Below, in pieces: positions 43,604 to 55,190 of a stretch of DNA of 64,000 nt. The notes under the pieces were generated by a model, which did no database searches, was not told the origin of the DNA, and saw only the letters and a program-made list of their open reading frames with translations. Each line of letters starts with the position of its first letter. The first letter of the stretch is position 1. The position numbers and the translations under genes were made by a program. The DNA is taken from assembly GCA_965198115.1 (NCBI GenBank), contig OZ240241.1:2816001-2880000 (forward strand), read 5' to 3'. The stretch comes from Candidatus Latescibacterota bacterium (GTDB lineage: Bacteria > Latescibacterota > UBA2968).

Positions 43604-44977
43604 GAGTTCAGGTCAATAGGTGTGTAAAAGAAATCAGGCGGCCATCTTCCCGGCTTCGACCTGCGGTCCGGTTGAGTGTTTCTGATCGTAGACTTGTTGT
43701 AGCAAGTGTGGCGCGGTGAGTTTCCTGAATCGGCTCTCTGCGACCTTGAGCGTACGCCAGATGAGAGCCGTGGCGTTCCTGACTTTCTTGAATCGCCTGG
43801 CGGCGTTTGTGCGAAGCCGAACGGAAGCAAAGGGGCTCTCGACGACGTTCGTGGTTCTCAGGTGTTTCCAGTGTTCCTTCGGGAAGTCGTAGAACGTGAC
43901 CATCCGATCCCAGTCTCTTTCGAGCGTCTCCACGGCGGCAGGGAACTGTGAGCGATACCGTGCGGCAAAGCGTTTCCGGAGCTTCTCGGCCTCCTTTTTC
44001 GTGCCGGCATAGGGGATCTGGACGAGCAGTGCGCGGGCTTCAGCCTGTGCACGCTTGGCGACCTTGTCGAGCACGTTGAGGATCTTGTGGTTCCAGCACC
44101 GTTGTTGCCGGCTCTCTGGCCAGACCTGATCAACGGCCGCCCAGATGCCCATATTCCCGTCCGCGGCGATCAGGACAGGATGTTCGAGCCCGCGATCCCG
44201 GAGATCCCGGAGCACCGTGAGCCAGGATTCTGTAGACTCTCGATAACCGGGTTCTATCGCCAGGATCTCCTTGCTGCCGTCGCTCATCGCGCCGATCACG
44301 ACCAGCAGACACGCCTTCTCGCGCTCGAGCCCGGCTTTGACGTAGATGCCATCAGCCCAGGCGTAGACCAGTTCGCGATTATCCAGACGCCTTTCTTTCC
44401 AGTCCTGGAAGTCGACCTCCCACTTCCCTCGAAGACGAGCGATCGAGGTCGGCGAAAGCGGCGCGCCATCACCGAGCAGCGCACGCAAAGACAACTCGAA
44501 GTCGCCCTGGGAGAGACCGTGGAGATAAAGGTCGGGAAGCAGATCTCCAATGGCCCTGGTTCTCCGGGCGAACAGGGGGAGGATGCGGCTTTCAAACCGC
44601 TCTTCCAGACCACGAACCCGGGGACGCCGGACCTTGATCGTTCCGCAGCTCGTCGAGAGACGCCGGGGCTTGCCGTAGCCGTTCCTGTAGCCCCTGGAGC
44701 TATCGACCTCGGCTCGGCGCTCATACCACGACCGGCCCAAGAACGCGGTCGCCTCCTCCTCCAGAATGGACTGGAACCGGCCCTGGATCTCTTCACGGAT
44801 CCAATCGTCAACCGTCTCCCACGTCGGCATGGACTTCAATGGGGCTCTATGCGTATGTTCCTTCACGGCGATCCTCCTTCCCAACCGGGCCTCTCACCCG
44901 GTTTTGTGTGAATCAACTATCTCACGGGAAGGGTAGGGTCGCCCTTTCTCTTTTTCCACACCTTTTGATTATAGCTC
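43604..44977 (-). mobile_element. IS256-family IS type A, copy 1 (1374 bp); transposase 43634-44884
   Basis: RNGY, ADG, QRCWNH and RTTNVVES motifs; terminal IRs; 8-bp TSD CCATTCCG. Confidence 0.95.
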
Positions 44978-45176
44978 CCATTCCGCGTACTATGCTTCTT
45001 GACGTTACTCGTTATCGGTAAACAGGGACCGATCGGAGCCGTGAACGCTGATGGAAGATTCCAGTGAAGGGAGCGGGGAATGATCGAGGTCGGTTCGAAG
45101 CGACAGCTCTTCTTGGATGACTACATCATTGGTCGGATGGACAACGTCAGCCGGGTGCTTCACCAGCCTGAAAAAC

Positions 45177-46596
45177 GGCTCTATCCGGGTTTCTCAACGG
45201 TGAAACTATAGAATGACAAGGTCATAGATCGTTCCCTACGCTTGGTTGTGTGTGTAGGACAATCAAAGCGAAGGGGGTGCGACCTATGACCGGGAGCAGA
45301 TTACTATCGAAACTGCTGAGATTCAAGGGGTTCCGTGTTGTCAGCTGGTGGTTTGAGAGGAGAAGCTGTTTCGTCATCGCCGTAAAGCCACATAAGAATG
45401 GTTGTTGTTGTCCGGAGTGCGGCCGTCGAGGTAAAATCGTCCGCACAATGCCCCATCCGCGTCGGTGGCGTGACATTCCGGTGTGCGGGTGGAGGGTCTG
45501 GCTTCTCTACCATCCTCGGGAGATTCGGTGTCCTACCCACGGTCGTGTGGTCGAGGAGATTCCGTGGGCGGAGCGGTTCTCTCGGGTGACGTATCGCTTC
45601 GAGTATGCCATGCTGCGCTACTGCCAGACCATGACGCAGAAGGCGGCGTCCGAGTTGCTGCGCATCTCTGCCTCGACGCTGTCGGATCTCCTTCACCGAT
45701 CCATCACGCGGCTTCGTGAAGGTCATCGTATCCGAGGGCTCAAAACCATCGGGATCGACGAGATCTCCTACGCCAAGCGTCACAGGTACGCCACGCTCGT
45801 TTACGATCTGGACCGCTCCTGCGTGGTGTGGGTTGGCCGCGGCAGGGCGCGTAAAACGATCGATCGGTTCTTCACAGAGGCTCTCAGTCCCTACCGGAGA
45901 TCCAAGATCGAGTGGGCCTGCTGCGACATGAGCGAAGCTTACATCGGAGCCATCCAGGAACACTGTCCGAATGCCAAGCTGGTCCTCGATCGCTTTCACA
46001 TCGTCAAGGCTCTCAATGCCGCCGTTGACGAGGTCCGTAAGGACCAGTGGCGTAAAGCTGCCCCGGATGAGCGCAAAGCCATGAAGGGCCTCCGATGGCT
46101 CCTCTACCGGCACTCAGCGACACGCTCCAGAGGGGATACTCGGACACTCAAAGCACTGGAGAAGGCGAACTACCGAATCTATAGAGCCTGGAGACTCAAG
46201 GACGAGTTCGAGCAGTTCTGGGAATACAAAGCGCCCTGGGCTGCCGAACGCTTCCTGAAATGCTGGACGACGTCCGCACTCAGAAGTCGACTTGAACCCC
46301 TGCGAAAGTTCGTCAGGACCCTGCGACAGCACTTCTTCGGCGTCCTCGCATTCGTGAACACGCGTCTTACCAACGCCATCGCCAAAGGCCTCAACCGAAT
46401 CGTCCAAATCGTCAAGAACCGAGCCAGCGGATTCCGCACACTCGACGCATTCAACGATATGATCTTCCTTACCGTCGGAGACATAAACATCCCTGAGCAG
46501 ATTCCGAAGAGGTTCCGCACACTCTAACCGCGCCCCCATGCCAGGAACCACGGCACCTTCACCCACTTCATCTCGTTGAGAGATCCGGATATAGCC
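45177..46596 (+). mobile_element. ISL3 copy 2 (1420 bp); transposase 45250-46527
   Basis: Near-identical to copy 1; TSD TGAAAAAC. Confidence 0.95.
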
Positions 46597-47875
46597 TGAA
46601 AAACACCCTGAGAATCCAGTCCTGGTTCCAGAGCATCCCTGGGAAGGAACGGGCGCCTCTCCTCATATGGTGATCTACGATGAGGAGGAAGAACTGTATA
46701 AGCTTTGGTACACCAGCTTCAAGGTACACGATTCCCTGCCCGGGTTTGAGGATCTTGAGAAAGTCGAGGGGATTCACGGAAAGAATTCGGTGGAACTGCC
46801 CGGGCTGGATATCCGCCAGGCGAAGGGCGGACCTTTGAACGTCTATTCCCACTGCTATGCAACCTCAAAGGACGGCGTGCATTTCGAGAAACCGCAACTC
46901 GGTCTGGCACCCTTTCCCGGATCGGACGAGAAGACGAACCTGTGCCCGCGGAAGCCTGCCCTGCATGATCCAGATCCTCAGAGGCGGTTCAAGGCGGTGA
47001 TTGGCACGGGAGACCGATCAGAGCGTATGGGAATTTCCTGGTCGTCCGATGGGCTTCGTTGGACAGATCACGCGAACAATCCGGTTCTCGACAAGGGTCT
47101 TGGCGCCGGTCGGGTGATCTGGGAGGAGAAACTCAGCCAGTATGTCGGATACTTTAGGCCAATGCCCTGGTTGGTCTACCCCGAGCGGGGACCAAAAGGG
47201 ATTCGCGTTCTGGGCCGATGCACGAGTCCCGATTTTGTCCAGTGGACGTTGCCTCAGGATGACGTCGTGCTTGCGCCAGATGAGCAGGATGATATGGGCA
47301 TCGAATTCTACAACATGCCTTTCTTCAATTACGAGGGTTGCTACATTGGATTCCTCTGGATTTACTACAACTATTCACAGACGGGGAATTCGGACCCGGA
47401 AAGCGGGGGCAGGCCCTTCGACGCAGAAGGTCTGGACAAGCTGATGGACTCGCAGCTGGTCTTCAGCCGGGATGGTCACGAGTGGACGCGGGTATGCGAC
47501 CGGCAGCTGTTTATGGCCTGCGGGAAGCCTGGTACCTGGGACGAAATGGAGGTCCATCCGTCAGGCATGATCGAGCGGGACGGCGAGTTGAAGATCTACT
47601 ACTCAGGAAAAGTCAGGGGTCACGGGCAGCGCCTGTCACGCGTGACCGATACAATCGTTGAAGGTCGTGACGTCGTGGGCGCAGTCGGATTGGCCACACT
47701 GCGCCTGGACGGATTCGTGTCCGTGAATGCCGGGGAGGCTGGCGGGGAGCTAATGACGCGGCCGTTCGATCCAGGTAAGGGAAAAAAGGTGTTCATCAAT
47801 ACGAATGCTTCGAAGGGAAGTGTGGCGGTAGAAGTGCTGGACCCGTATGCGGAACCATTGGAGGGATTCACACGC

Positions 47876-49249
47876 GAGCTATAATCAAAAGGTGTGGAAA
47901 AAGAGAAAGGGCGACCCTACCCTTCCCGTGAGATAGTTGATTCACACAAAACCGGGTGAGAGGCCCGGTTGGGAAGGAGGATCGCCGTGAAGGAACATAC
48001 GCATAGAGCCCCATTGAAGTCCATGCCGACGTGGGAGACGGTTGACGATTGGATCCGTGAAGAGATCCAGGGCCGGTTCCAGTCCATTCTGGAGGAGGAG
48101 GCGACCGCGTTCTTGGGCCGGTCGTGGTATGAGCGCCGAGCCGAGGTCGATAGCTCCAGGGGCTACAGGAACGGCTACGGCAAGCCCCGGCGTCTCTCGA
48201 CGAGCTGCGGAACGATCAAGGTCCGGCGTCCCCGGGTTCGTGGTCTGGAAGAGCGGTTTGAAAGCCGCATCCTCCCCCTGTTCGCCCGGAGAACCAGGGC
48301 CATTGGAGATCTGCTTCCCGACCTTTATCTCCACGGTCTCTCCCAGGGCGACTTCGAGTTGTCTTTGCGTGCGCTGCTCGGTGATGGCGCGCCGCTTTCG
48401 CCGACCTCGATCGCTCGTCTTCGAGGGAAGTGGGAGGTCGACTTCCAGGACTGGAAAGAAAGGCGTCTGGATAATCGCGAACTGGTCTACGCCTGGGCTG
48501 ATGGCATCTACGTCAAAGCCGGGCTCGAGCGCGAGAAGGCGTGTCTGCTGGTCGTGATCGGCGCGATGAGCGACGGCAGCAAGGAGATCCTGGCGATAGA
48601 ACCCGGTTATCGAGAGTCTACAGAATCCTGGCTCACGGTGCTCCGGGATCTCCGGGATCGCGGGCTCGAACATCCTGTCCTGATCGCCGCGGACGGGAAT
48701 ATGGGCATCTGGGCGGCCGTTGATCAGGTCTGGCCAGAGAGCCGGCAACAACGGTGCTGGAACCACAAGATCCTCAACGTGCTCGACAAGGTCGCCAAGC
48801 GTGCACAGGCTGAAGCCCGCGCACTGCTCGTCCAGATCCCCTATGCCGGCACGAAAAAGGAGGCCGAGAAGCTCCGGAAACGCTTTGCCGCACGGTATCG
48901 CTCACAGTTCCCTGCCGCCGTGGAGACGCTCGAAAGAGACTGGGATCGGATGGTCACGTTCTACGACTTCCCGAAGGAACACTGGAAACACCTGAGAACC
49001 ACGAACGTCGTCGAGAGCCCCTTTGCTTCCGTTCGGCTTCGCACAAACGCCGCCAGGCGATTCAAGAAAGTCAGGAACGCCACGACTCTCATCTGGCGTA
49101 CGCTCAAGGTCGCAGAGAGCCGATTCAGGAAACTCACCGCGCCACACTTGCTACAACAAGTCTACGATCAGAAACACTCAACCGGACCGCAGGTCGAAAC
49201 CGGGAAGATGGCCGCCTGATTTCTTTTACACACCTATTGACCTGAGCTC
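47876..49249 (+). mobile_element. IS256 type A copy 2 (1374 bp); transposase 47969-49219
   Basis: Near-identical to copy 1; 9-bp TSD TTCACACGC. Confidence 0.95.
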
Positions 49250-49349
49250 TTCACACGCAAAGATGCAATTCTATTCTCTGGAGATTCAATCGAACACGAG
49301 GTTGGATGGAGAGAGAAAGCCACCTTAGAAGGACTGAATGGGTCCGCAA

Positions 49350-50731
49350 GGTGTTGTGCCTATCGTAGTTGAAACTTAGAGGGCTCCAAACTTACGTTGG
49401 GTAGACGTGTAGGAGCGTATACCCGTAAGAAAGGAGCCCAGATGGAGAAGCTATTTGTAGGCGATGGTGAAGTCAAGGTTGAGGGCGATGTCATCGATTT
49501 GGAGACGCGTTTGTCGGTGATCCAGGCGTTGATCCCGTTGGGTCTGGAGGCAGTGGCAGACCTCCTCCAGCAGGAGGTCGAGCAGCTCGCAGGCGTTCGG
49601 TATGCGCGCAAAGGTTCGGAGCAGGCGCATCGTCGGTGGGAAGCCAGAAGGGATCCGTGTATCTGATGGACCAGAAGCTCCCGTTAGACGTTCCCCGGGT
49701 GCGCGACGTCGAGGCCGACGCAGAGGTTTCCCTGGCTGCATACCGGGCTCTACAGACGCCCAAGAAGACGGACGAGGGGCTGTTGCTTCGTGTTCTCAAG
49801 GGGATCTCGTGCCGCAACTACAAGGCCTGTGCCGAATCGGTTCCAGAAGCGTTTGGTATCTCAGCGTCCTCCGTCTCGCGGCGGTTCATCAAAGCCACCG
49901 CGAAGAAGCTGAAGCAGTTCCAGGAGCGTCCCCTCGACGACTACGGCTTCGTGACCCTCTTCATTGACGGAAAGAGCTTTGCCGACGAAGAGATCGTGAT
50001 CGCTCCGGGGGTCACGATGGACGGCCAGAAGATCCCCCTGGGCTTCGTCGAATCGGCGACGGAGAACGAACGGATCTGCCGCCAGCTGATCCAGGACCTC
50101 ATCTGGAGAGGCCTGTGCTACGACCAGGCCTTCTCGTTGTGCTCGACGGCTCAAAGGGGCTCCGCAGTGCCGTCACCAAAGCCCTCAAAGGGTATGTGCG
50201 CGTTCATCGCTGCCAGTGGCACAAGCGCGAGAATGTCGTCAGCTATCTCCCGGAGAGGGAACGTCCGCGAATCCGACGGAAGCTCCAGAAAGCCTATGAC
50301 TGCGACACCTACGAGGAGGCAAAGGCCGCACTCGAATCACTTAAACCCGAACTGAAGCTGATGAATCAGTCTGCCGTAACGAGCCTCGAGGAAGGCCTGG
50401 AAACCCTGACCCTCCACCGGCTGGGGATGCTCCCGTTCCTGAAACGAAGCTTCCGAACCACCAACTGCATCGAAGCCCTCAACAGCATGACCGGCGAGCT
50501 CACTCGGAAGGTCAACCGCTGGAACAACTCTCCCCAGAGACACAGATGGGTGGCTGCCGCACTCCTCGACATCGAACCTCGCCTGAGACGCGTGAGCAGA
50601 TACAAACATCTTCCCCTACTCAGGCAAGCACTGAACAAAGATCTGAATCTCGACAACGAACAGAATGCTCAAAAGAGAGCCTGACCAAACTACGGGGCCC
50701 GATGAGTTTCAACTGACTATGGGACTTGACC
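49350..50731 (+). mobile_element. IS256-family IS type B; transposase frameshifted twice
   Basis: IDGK, VLDG, RCQWHK and RTTNCIE motifs; IR core AGTTGAAACT/AGTTTCAACT; 9-bp TSD GGTCCGCAA. Confidence 0.88.
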
Positions 50732-50944
50732 GGTCCGCAATCCGGCTTCGGTTTGTGATGAGAAACGCTGAACTTTATTCTTTTAGAATTGGATCTTGAA
50801 TGGTAACGACTTACCCACGAGCGGAGTGTAGTGGGCGTGCCCGGAAGAGGCAAATGAGATCCGAGAAAGTACGTGAGGCGGCCAAGGTGCGGTGGGGGCT
50901 CGTAGAAGGAGCTCGCGCGTCACCGAGCCTAAGAGGTATTTGAA

Positions 50945-52206
50945 ATGAACATCGATGAATTGCACGCAAAAGTTGCCTGTCTCGAGCGAGAACTGCGAGA
51001 GACTCGCGACCAACTCTCGCAGGCAACCCACGACCCCGAGACCGTCACGGCCGAACTCGCTCGCACTCGTGCGTTTGCGTTCAACGCCACAACGGATCCG
51101 GTCAAAGACACCATCGAAGGATGTGTCGACGCCATCAGTCGACACGGGTTCTGCGTCATCGACAACGTCATTCCCGCCAATGAAGTGGACGCCATCCGCG
51201 ATGAAACCGTAGCCGCGAAGTCAAAACAGACCCGGAATATTCAGGCCGTCAAGGACCTGTCCGATCAGAAGGGATTGATGGATGCGGACTTGCTCAACCA
51301 GGCCTCGGCCGATGGCCTGGAGCTGAGGCCTGTGCGCCGATCCGGTCACCCACCCAAACCACCGAACGACATCATATGGATGCCGCAATACGCCCAGCAT
51401 CTGGCCAACCCGGTCGTGACGGCAGTCGCGCGCCGCATCCTCGACGATCATCTCCGGATCGCTCAGCTGCATCCCCGGATCATCGAGTCCGACAGGCCGG
51501 GTGCCACATCAGGGGGATCTGGATCGATCAAGGTGCACGGGCGAGCCGGTATGCGGGGATGGCACACGGACTGGCCTCACGATTTGTCGGCTTACGGCAG
51601 AGCCGATCCGAACGTGAACGCCGGGTGCGTTCGTCAGCCTTTTCCCGACGTGACCCTGTGTCTGGTGATGATCTGGTATCTCACAGACGTGGACGCCGAT
51701 TCGGGCGGCACGTGGGTCGTGCCGGGATCGCACAGGGACCCTCGCAACCCTCGCGGGCCGGCCGACAGAATGGTGGTCACGGCGCCGATCCCCGGAGAGA
51801 TGCAAGTCGCCGCGCCAGCGGGATCGGTCTATATCCAGGATTCACGGTGCTGGCACTCCGCCGCGATGCACAATCCCAGCGACCGGGCGCGGGTTGCCGT
51901 GGTTACCCGCTGGTGCCCCTGGTGGGTGTCGGTCGACGACTTCGCTCCGGGCGACAAATACAATGTCAATATGGTCTGCCGGCCTCTATCGCACGCGGAG
52001 TATCTGGACCTACCTGCCGACCTGCAGCCGTTGCTGCGGCACGTCTGTCCCGAGGAGCGGGATACGCTGCAGCAACCTGTGCTGGACCGCGCCAAGGCGG
52101 CTGGTATGCGTACTCGGGAAGGGTTCCGCCAATTGGAGAAAACGCAGACGGCTTGGCGAATGCGAACGACCACGTCCGAGTACCGGTGGATCGCCTGAGC
52201 GATTGA
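50945..52206 (+). CDS. PhyH-family dioxygenase; possible frameshift near 52140
   Basis: HGFCVI, WHTD, GGT.VVPGSH and WHS motifs. Confidence 0.82.
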
Positions 52207-52274
52207 ACGGTGGGTCACATCTGAGGGTGCCGTACTTCCACGTTGAGCCTGGCGAAACGTCCCCGAAATGAAAA

Positions 52275-53695
52275 GGCTATATCCGGATCTCTCAACGAGA
52301 TGAAGTGGGTGAAGGTGCCGTGGTTCCTGGCATGGGGGCGCGGTTAGCGTGTGCGGAACCTCTTCGGAATCTGCTCAGGGATGTTTATGTCTCCGACGGT
52401 AAGGAAGATCATATCGTTGAATGCGTCGAGTGTGCGGAATCCGCTGGCTCGGTTCTTGACGATTTGGACGATTCGGTTGAGGCCTTCGGCGATGGCGTTG
52501 GTAAGACGCGTGTTCACGAATGCGAGGACGCCGAAGAAGTGCTGTCGCAGGGTCCTGACGAACTTTCGCAGGGGTTCACGTCGACTTCTGAGTGCGGACG
52601 TCGTCCAGCATTTCAGGAAGCGTTCGGCAGCCCAGGGCGCTTTGTATTCCCAGAACTGCTCGAACTCGTCCTTGAGTCTCCAGGCTCTATAGATTCGGTA
52701 GTTCGCCTTCTCCAGTGCTTTGAGTGTCCGAGTATCCCCTCTGGAGCGTGTCGCTGAGTGCCGGTAGAGGAGCCATCGGAGGCCCTTCATGGCTTTGCGC
52801 TCATCCGGGGCAGCTTTACGCCACTGGTCCTTACGGACCTCGTCAACGGCGGCATTGAGAGCCTTGACGATGTGAAAGCGATCGAGGACCAGCTTGGCAT
52901 TCGGACAGTGTTCCTGGATGGCTCCGATGTAAGCTTCGCTCATGTCGCAGCAGGCCCACTCGATCTTGGATCTCTGGTAGGGACTGAGAGCCTCTGTGAA
53001 GAACCGATCGATCGTTTTACGCGCCCTGCCGCGGCCAACCCACACCCACGCAGGAGCGGTCCAGATCGTAAACGAGCGTGGCGTACCTGTGACGCTTGGC
53101 GTAGGAGATCTCGTCGATCCCGATGGTTTTGAGCCCTCGGATACGATGACCTTCACGAAGCCGCGTGATGGATCGGTGAAGGAGATCCGACAGCGTCGAG
53201 GCAGAGATGCGCAGCAACTCGGACGCCGCCTTCTGCGTCATGGTCTGGCAGTAGCGCAGCATGGCATACTCGAAGCGATACGTCACCCGAGAGAACCGCT
53301 CCGCCCACGGAATCTCCTCGACCACACGACCGTGGGTAGGACACCGAATCTCCCGAGGATGGTAGAGAAGCCAGACCCTCCACCCGCACACCGGAATGTC
53401 ACGCCACCGACGCAGATGGGGCATTGTGCGGACGATTTTACCTCGACGGCCGCACTCCGGACAACAACAACCATTCTTATGTGGCTTTACGGCGATGACG
53501 AAGCAGCTTCTCCCCTCAAACCACCAGCTGACAACACGGAACCCCTTGAATCTCAGCAGTTTCGATAGTAATCTGCTCCCGGTCATAGGTCGCACCCCCT
53601 TCGCTTTGATTGTCCTACACACACAACCAAGCGTAGGGAACGATCTATGACCTTGTCATTCTATAGTTTCACCGTTGAGAAACCCGGATAGAGCC
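52275..53695 (-). mobile_element. ISL3 copy 3 (1421 bp); transposase frameshifted near 53045
   Basis: Near-identical to copies 1-2 with one extra base; TSD AATGAAAA. Confidence 0.95.
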
Positions 53696-53814
53696 AATGA
53701 AAAAGGGTTACGGCTGTGAGCACGTAACCCCTCTGAATTCTTCTTTAGATAGCCGGATGTTCGGTGACCTCGCAGAGCGTCTTGCATCAGGGAGACGCAC
53801 TCGCCCAGATCGAC

Positions 53815-54327
53815 TCAGCCTTCGGTGCCTCCATCGCCCTGGTCTTGCAACTCACCAGCTTCCAAGATTCTGCCACGTTCCTGATAATTTGAAACGAGCT
53901 CTTCGATCGTGCTGTGGAGCGTGCATCCGGAATGGTCCTCGGAACCGCTCTCCTTCTCGAATGCCACGAATAGTGCTCCGAAATCCGGGCTGGTGATGTC
54001 ATACACCAGGATCGGGTTATACCGGCTGTCACGTATCGCCCTTCTGTAATACTCATCTCTGAACAAACGGAACTCGGCAGGCCTCGGCTCCTCGTCACCC
54101 ATCAGTTCCAAGTATCTTTCGGATTCGATCTTGGAGCGAATGTAGCCAGGAACGAAGAATTCAGGACGAGGAGCGTCGAGAAAATAGAGGGTCTGAACGA
54201 GTCCACCGTCCCCATCGCTACGGGGTCCGAATCCGATGCGCGCCAGCGCAGTCAGTCCGACGTCCGGGTCGATCTCCTTCTCGTGCTGCTCGAAAAACAG
54301 CTCATAGATGTCCGGGGGTTGATTCAT
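53815..54327 (-). CDS. Acidic hypothetical protein (170 aa)
   Basis: Open frame with protein-like composition; hairpin at 53704-53731 downstream. Confidence 0.55.
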   Translation of the reverse strand: MNQPPDIYELFFEQHEKEIDPDVGLTALARIGFGPRSDGDGGLVQTLYFLDAPRPEFFVPGYIRSKIESERYLELMGDEEPRPAEFRLFRDEYYRRAIRDSRYNPILVYDITSPDFGALFVAFEKESGSEDHSGCTLHSTIEELVSNYQERGRILEAGELQDQGDGGTEG

Positions 54328-54482
54328 TCACGATTCCCTACGCGTCGATGGTCTACTCGTTTGCGCCGCGAAGATAGTCTATCCAAATATGCGGCCGCCG
54401 TCGAGGCCGTCGTAGGTGTTTCGAGCTCGGGGGACGAATTAACCGACAACGCAAAACCCGACAGACAACCCAGGGCTCGCCG

Positions 54483-54527
54483 AAGAAAAGACCAACGGGC
54501 CACACAAATTCTGTGCAGCCCGTTGTC
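54483..54527 (-). terminator. Terminator closing the tRNA array
   Basis: CAACGGGCTGCAC/GTGTGGCCCGTTG stem followed by TCTTTTCTT. Confidence 0.75.
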
Positions 54528-54557
54528 ATTCCAGCAGCCCAAGACAGAGGGCATGAT

Positions 54558-54641
54558 TGGTGGGGCGCTACGGAATCGAACCGCCTATCCGAAAGGCACG
54601 AGGGTTACAACCTCGCTCTCATCCCACTGAGTAGACGCCCC
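54558..54641 (-). tRNA. tRNA-Tyr(GTA)
   Basis: CGAGG-TTGTAAC-CCTCG; long variable region; CCA. Confidence 0.85.
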
Positions 54642-54791
54642 TATGTTGGGATCGACCCTTGCGGGCCAACCGATGATTGGAGGAGGGCACAGGAGTCGAA
54701 CCCGCACCGTTTCCGATGGCGTCACGGTTTTCAAGACCGTTTCCAGTCCACACTGGGCTACCCTCGATATGGACGAGCCTGATGACGACAT
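54585..54791 (-). other. Ser-rich mini-ORF (MSSSGSSIS...) running into tRNA-Ser
   Basis: GAGGAG-5 nt-ATG; 6 of the first 9 codons are Ser. Confidence 0.5.
54678..54766 (-). tRNA. tRNA-Ser(TGA)
   Basis: ACGGT-CTTGAAA-ACCGT; long variable arm; C1:C72 mismatch; U73; CCA. Confidence 0.8.
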
Positions 54792-54807
54792 CGTGACTCC
54801 TCTGGTC

Positions 54808-54884
54808 TGGCTCCGGTGGTAGGATTCGAACCTACGACTGACAGTGGTTAACAGCCACCCGCTCTGCCACTGAGCTACACCGGA
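54808..54884 (-). tRNA. tRNA-Asn(GTT)
   Basis: GGTGG-CTGTTAA-CCACT; G73; CCA. Confidence 0.93.
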
Positions 54885-54889
54885 ACAGA

Positions 54890-54962
54890 TGGTAGCGGGG
54901 ACGGGAGTCGAACCCGCCAAAGCCGGGATATGAGCCCGGCGTGCGCACCAGCGCTCCCCGCA
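54890..54962 (-). tRNA. tRNA-Met(CAT), initiator-like
   Basis: CCGGG-CTCATAT-CCCGG with three G-C pairs; 1:72 mismatch; short D arm; CCA. Confidence 0.82.
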
Positions 54963-54969
54963 CAAGGTT

Positions 54970-55043
54970 TGGAGCGATCGGAGGGAGTCGAACCCTCATC
55001 ATCAGCTTGGAAGGCTGAGGCCCTGCCGTTAGACGACGATCGC
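54970..55043 (-). tRNA. tRNA-Gly(TCC)
   Basis: TCAGC-CTTCCAA-GCTGA; U73; CCA. Confidence 0.93.
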
Positions 55044-55112
55044 TCTGAACCCGACGTTGCGCGTCGCCTCGTTCCTCCTTGTAAGGCCGGGCATTGCGCT
55101 CACTCGGGTAAG

Positions 55113-55189
55113 TGGTAGTCGCCCCGGGATTCGAACCCGGACTGAACGCGCCCTCAACGCGATCCCTCTGCCGGTTGGGGTAGGCGACT
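55113..55189 (-). tRNA. tRNA-Leu(GAG), short variable loop
   Basis: TCGCG-TTGAGGG-CGCGT; 5-nt variable loop; A73; CCA. Confidence 0.85.
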
Positions 55190-55190
55190 C

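Larger units (their letters stand above)
45080..50799 (+). pseudogene. Beta-propeller glycoside-hydrolase-like gene split by three ISs
   Basis: Removing each IS plus one TSD copy restores MIEVGSKRQLFLDD...QPEK-HPENPV...FTR-KDA...NG-SAIRLRF...LYSFRIGS*; S.DG..W Asp-box-like motifs and LRLDGFVS. Confidence 0.85.

Noticed and set aside
43604-53695. Composite transposons or inversions from inverted IS256-A or ISL3 pairs
   Set aside because: Each copy has its own matching TSD, showing independent insertions without exchange of flanks.
54678-54766. Possible tRNA-Sec or opal suppressor
   Set aside because: On the coding strand the anticodon is UGA (Ser), not UCA, and the acceptor stem is 7 bp.
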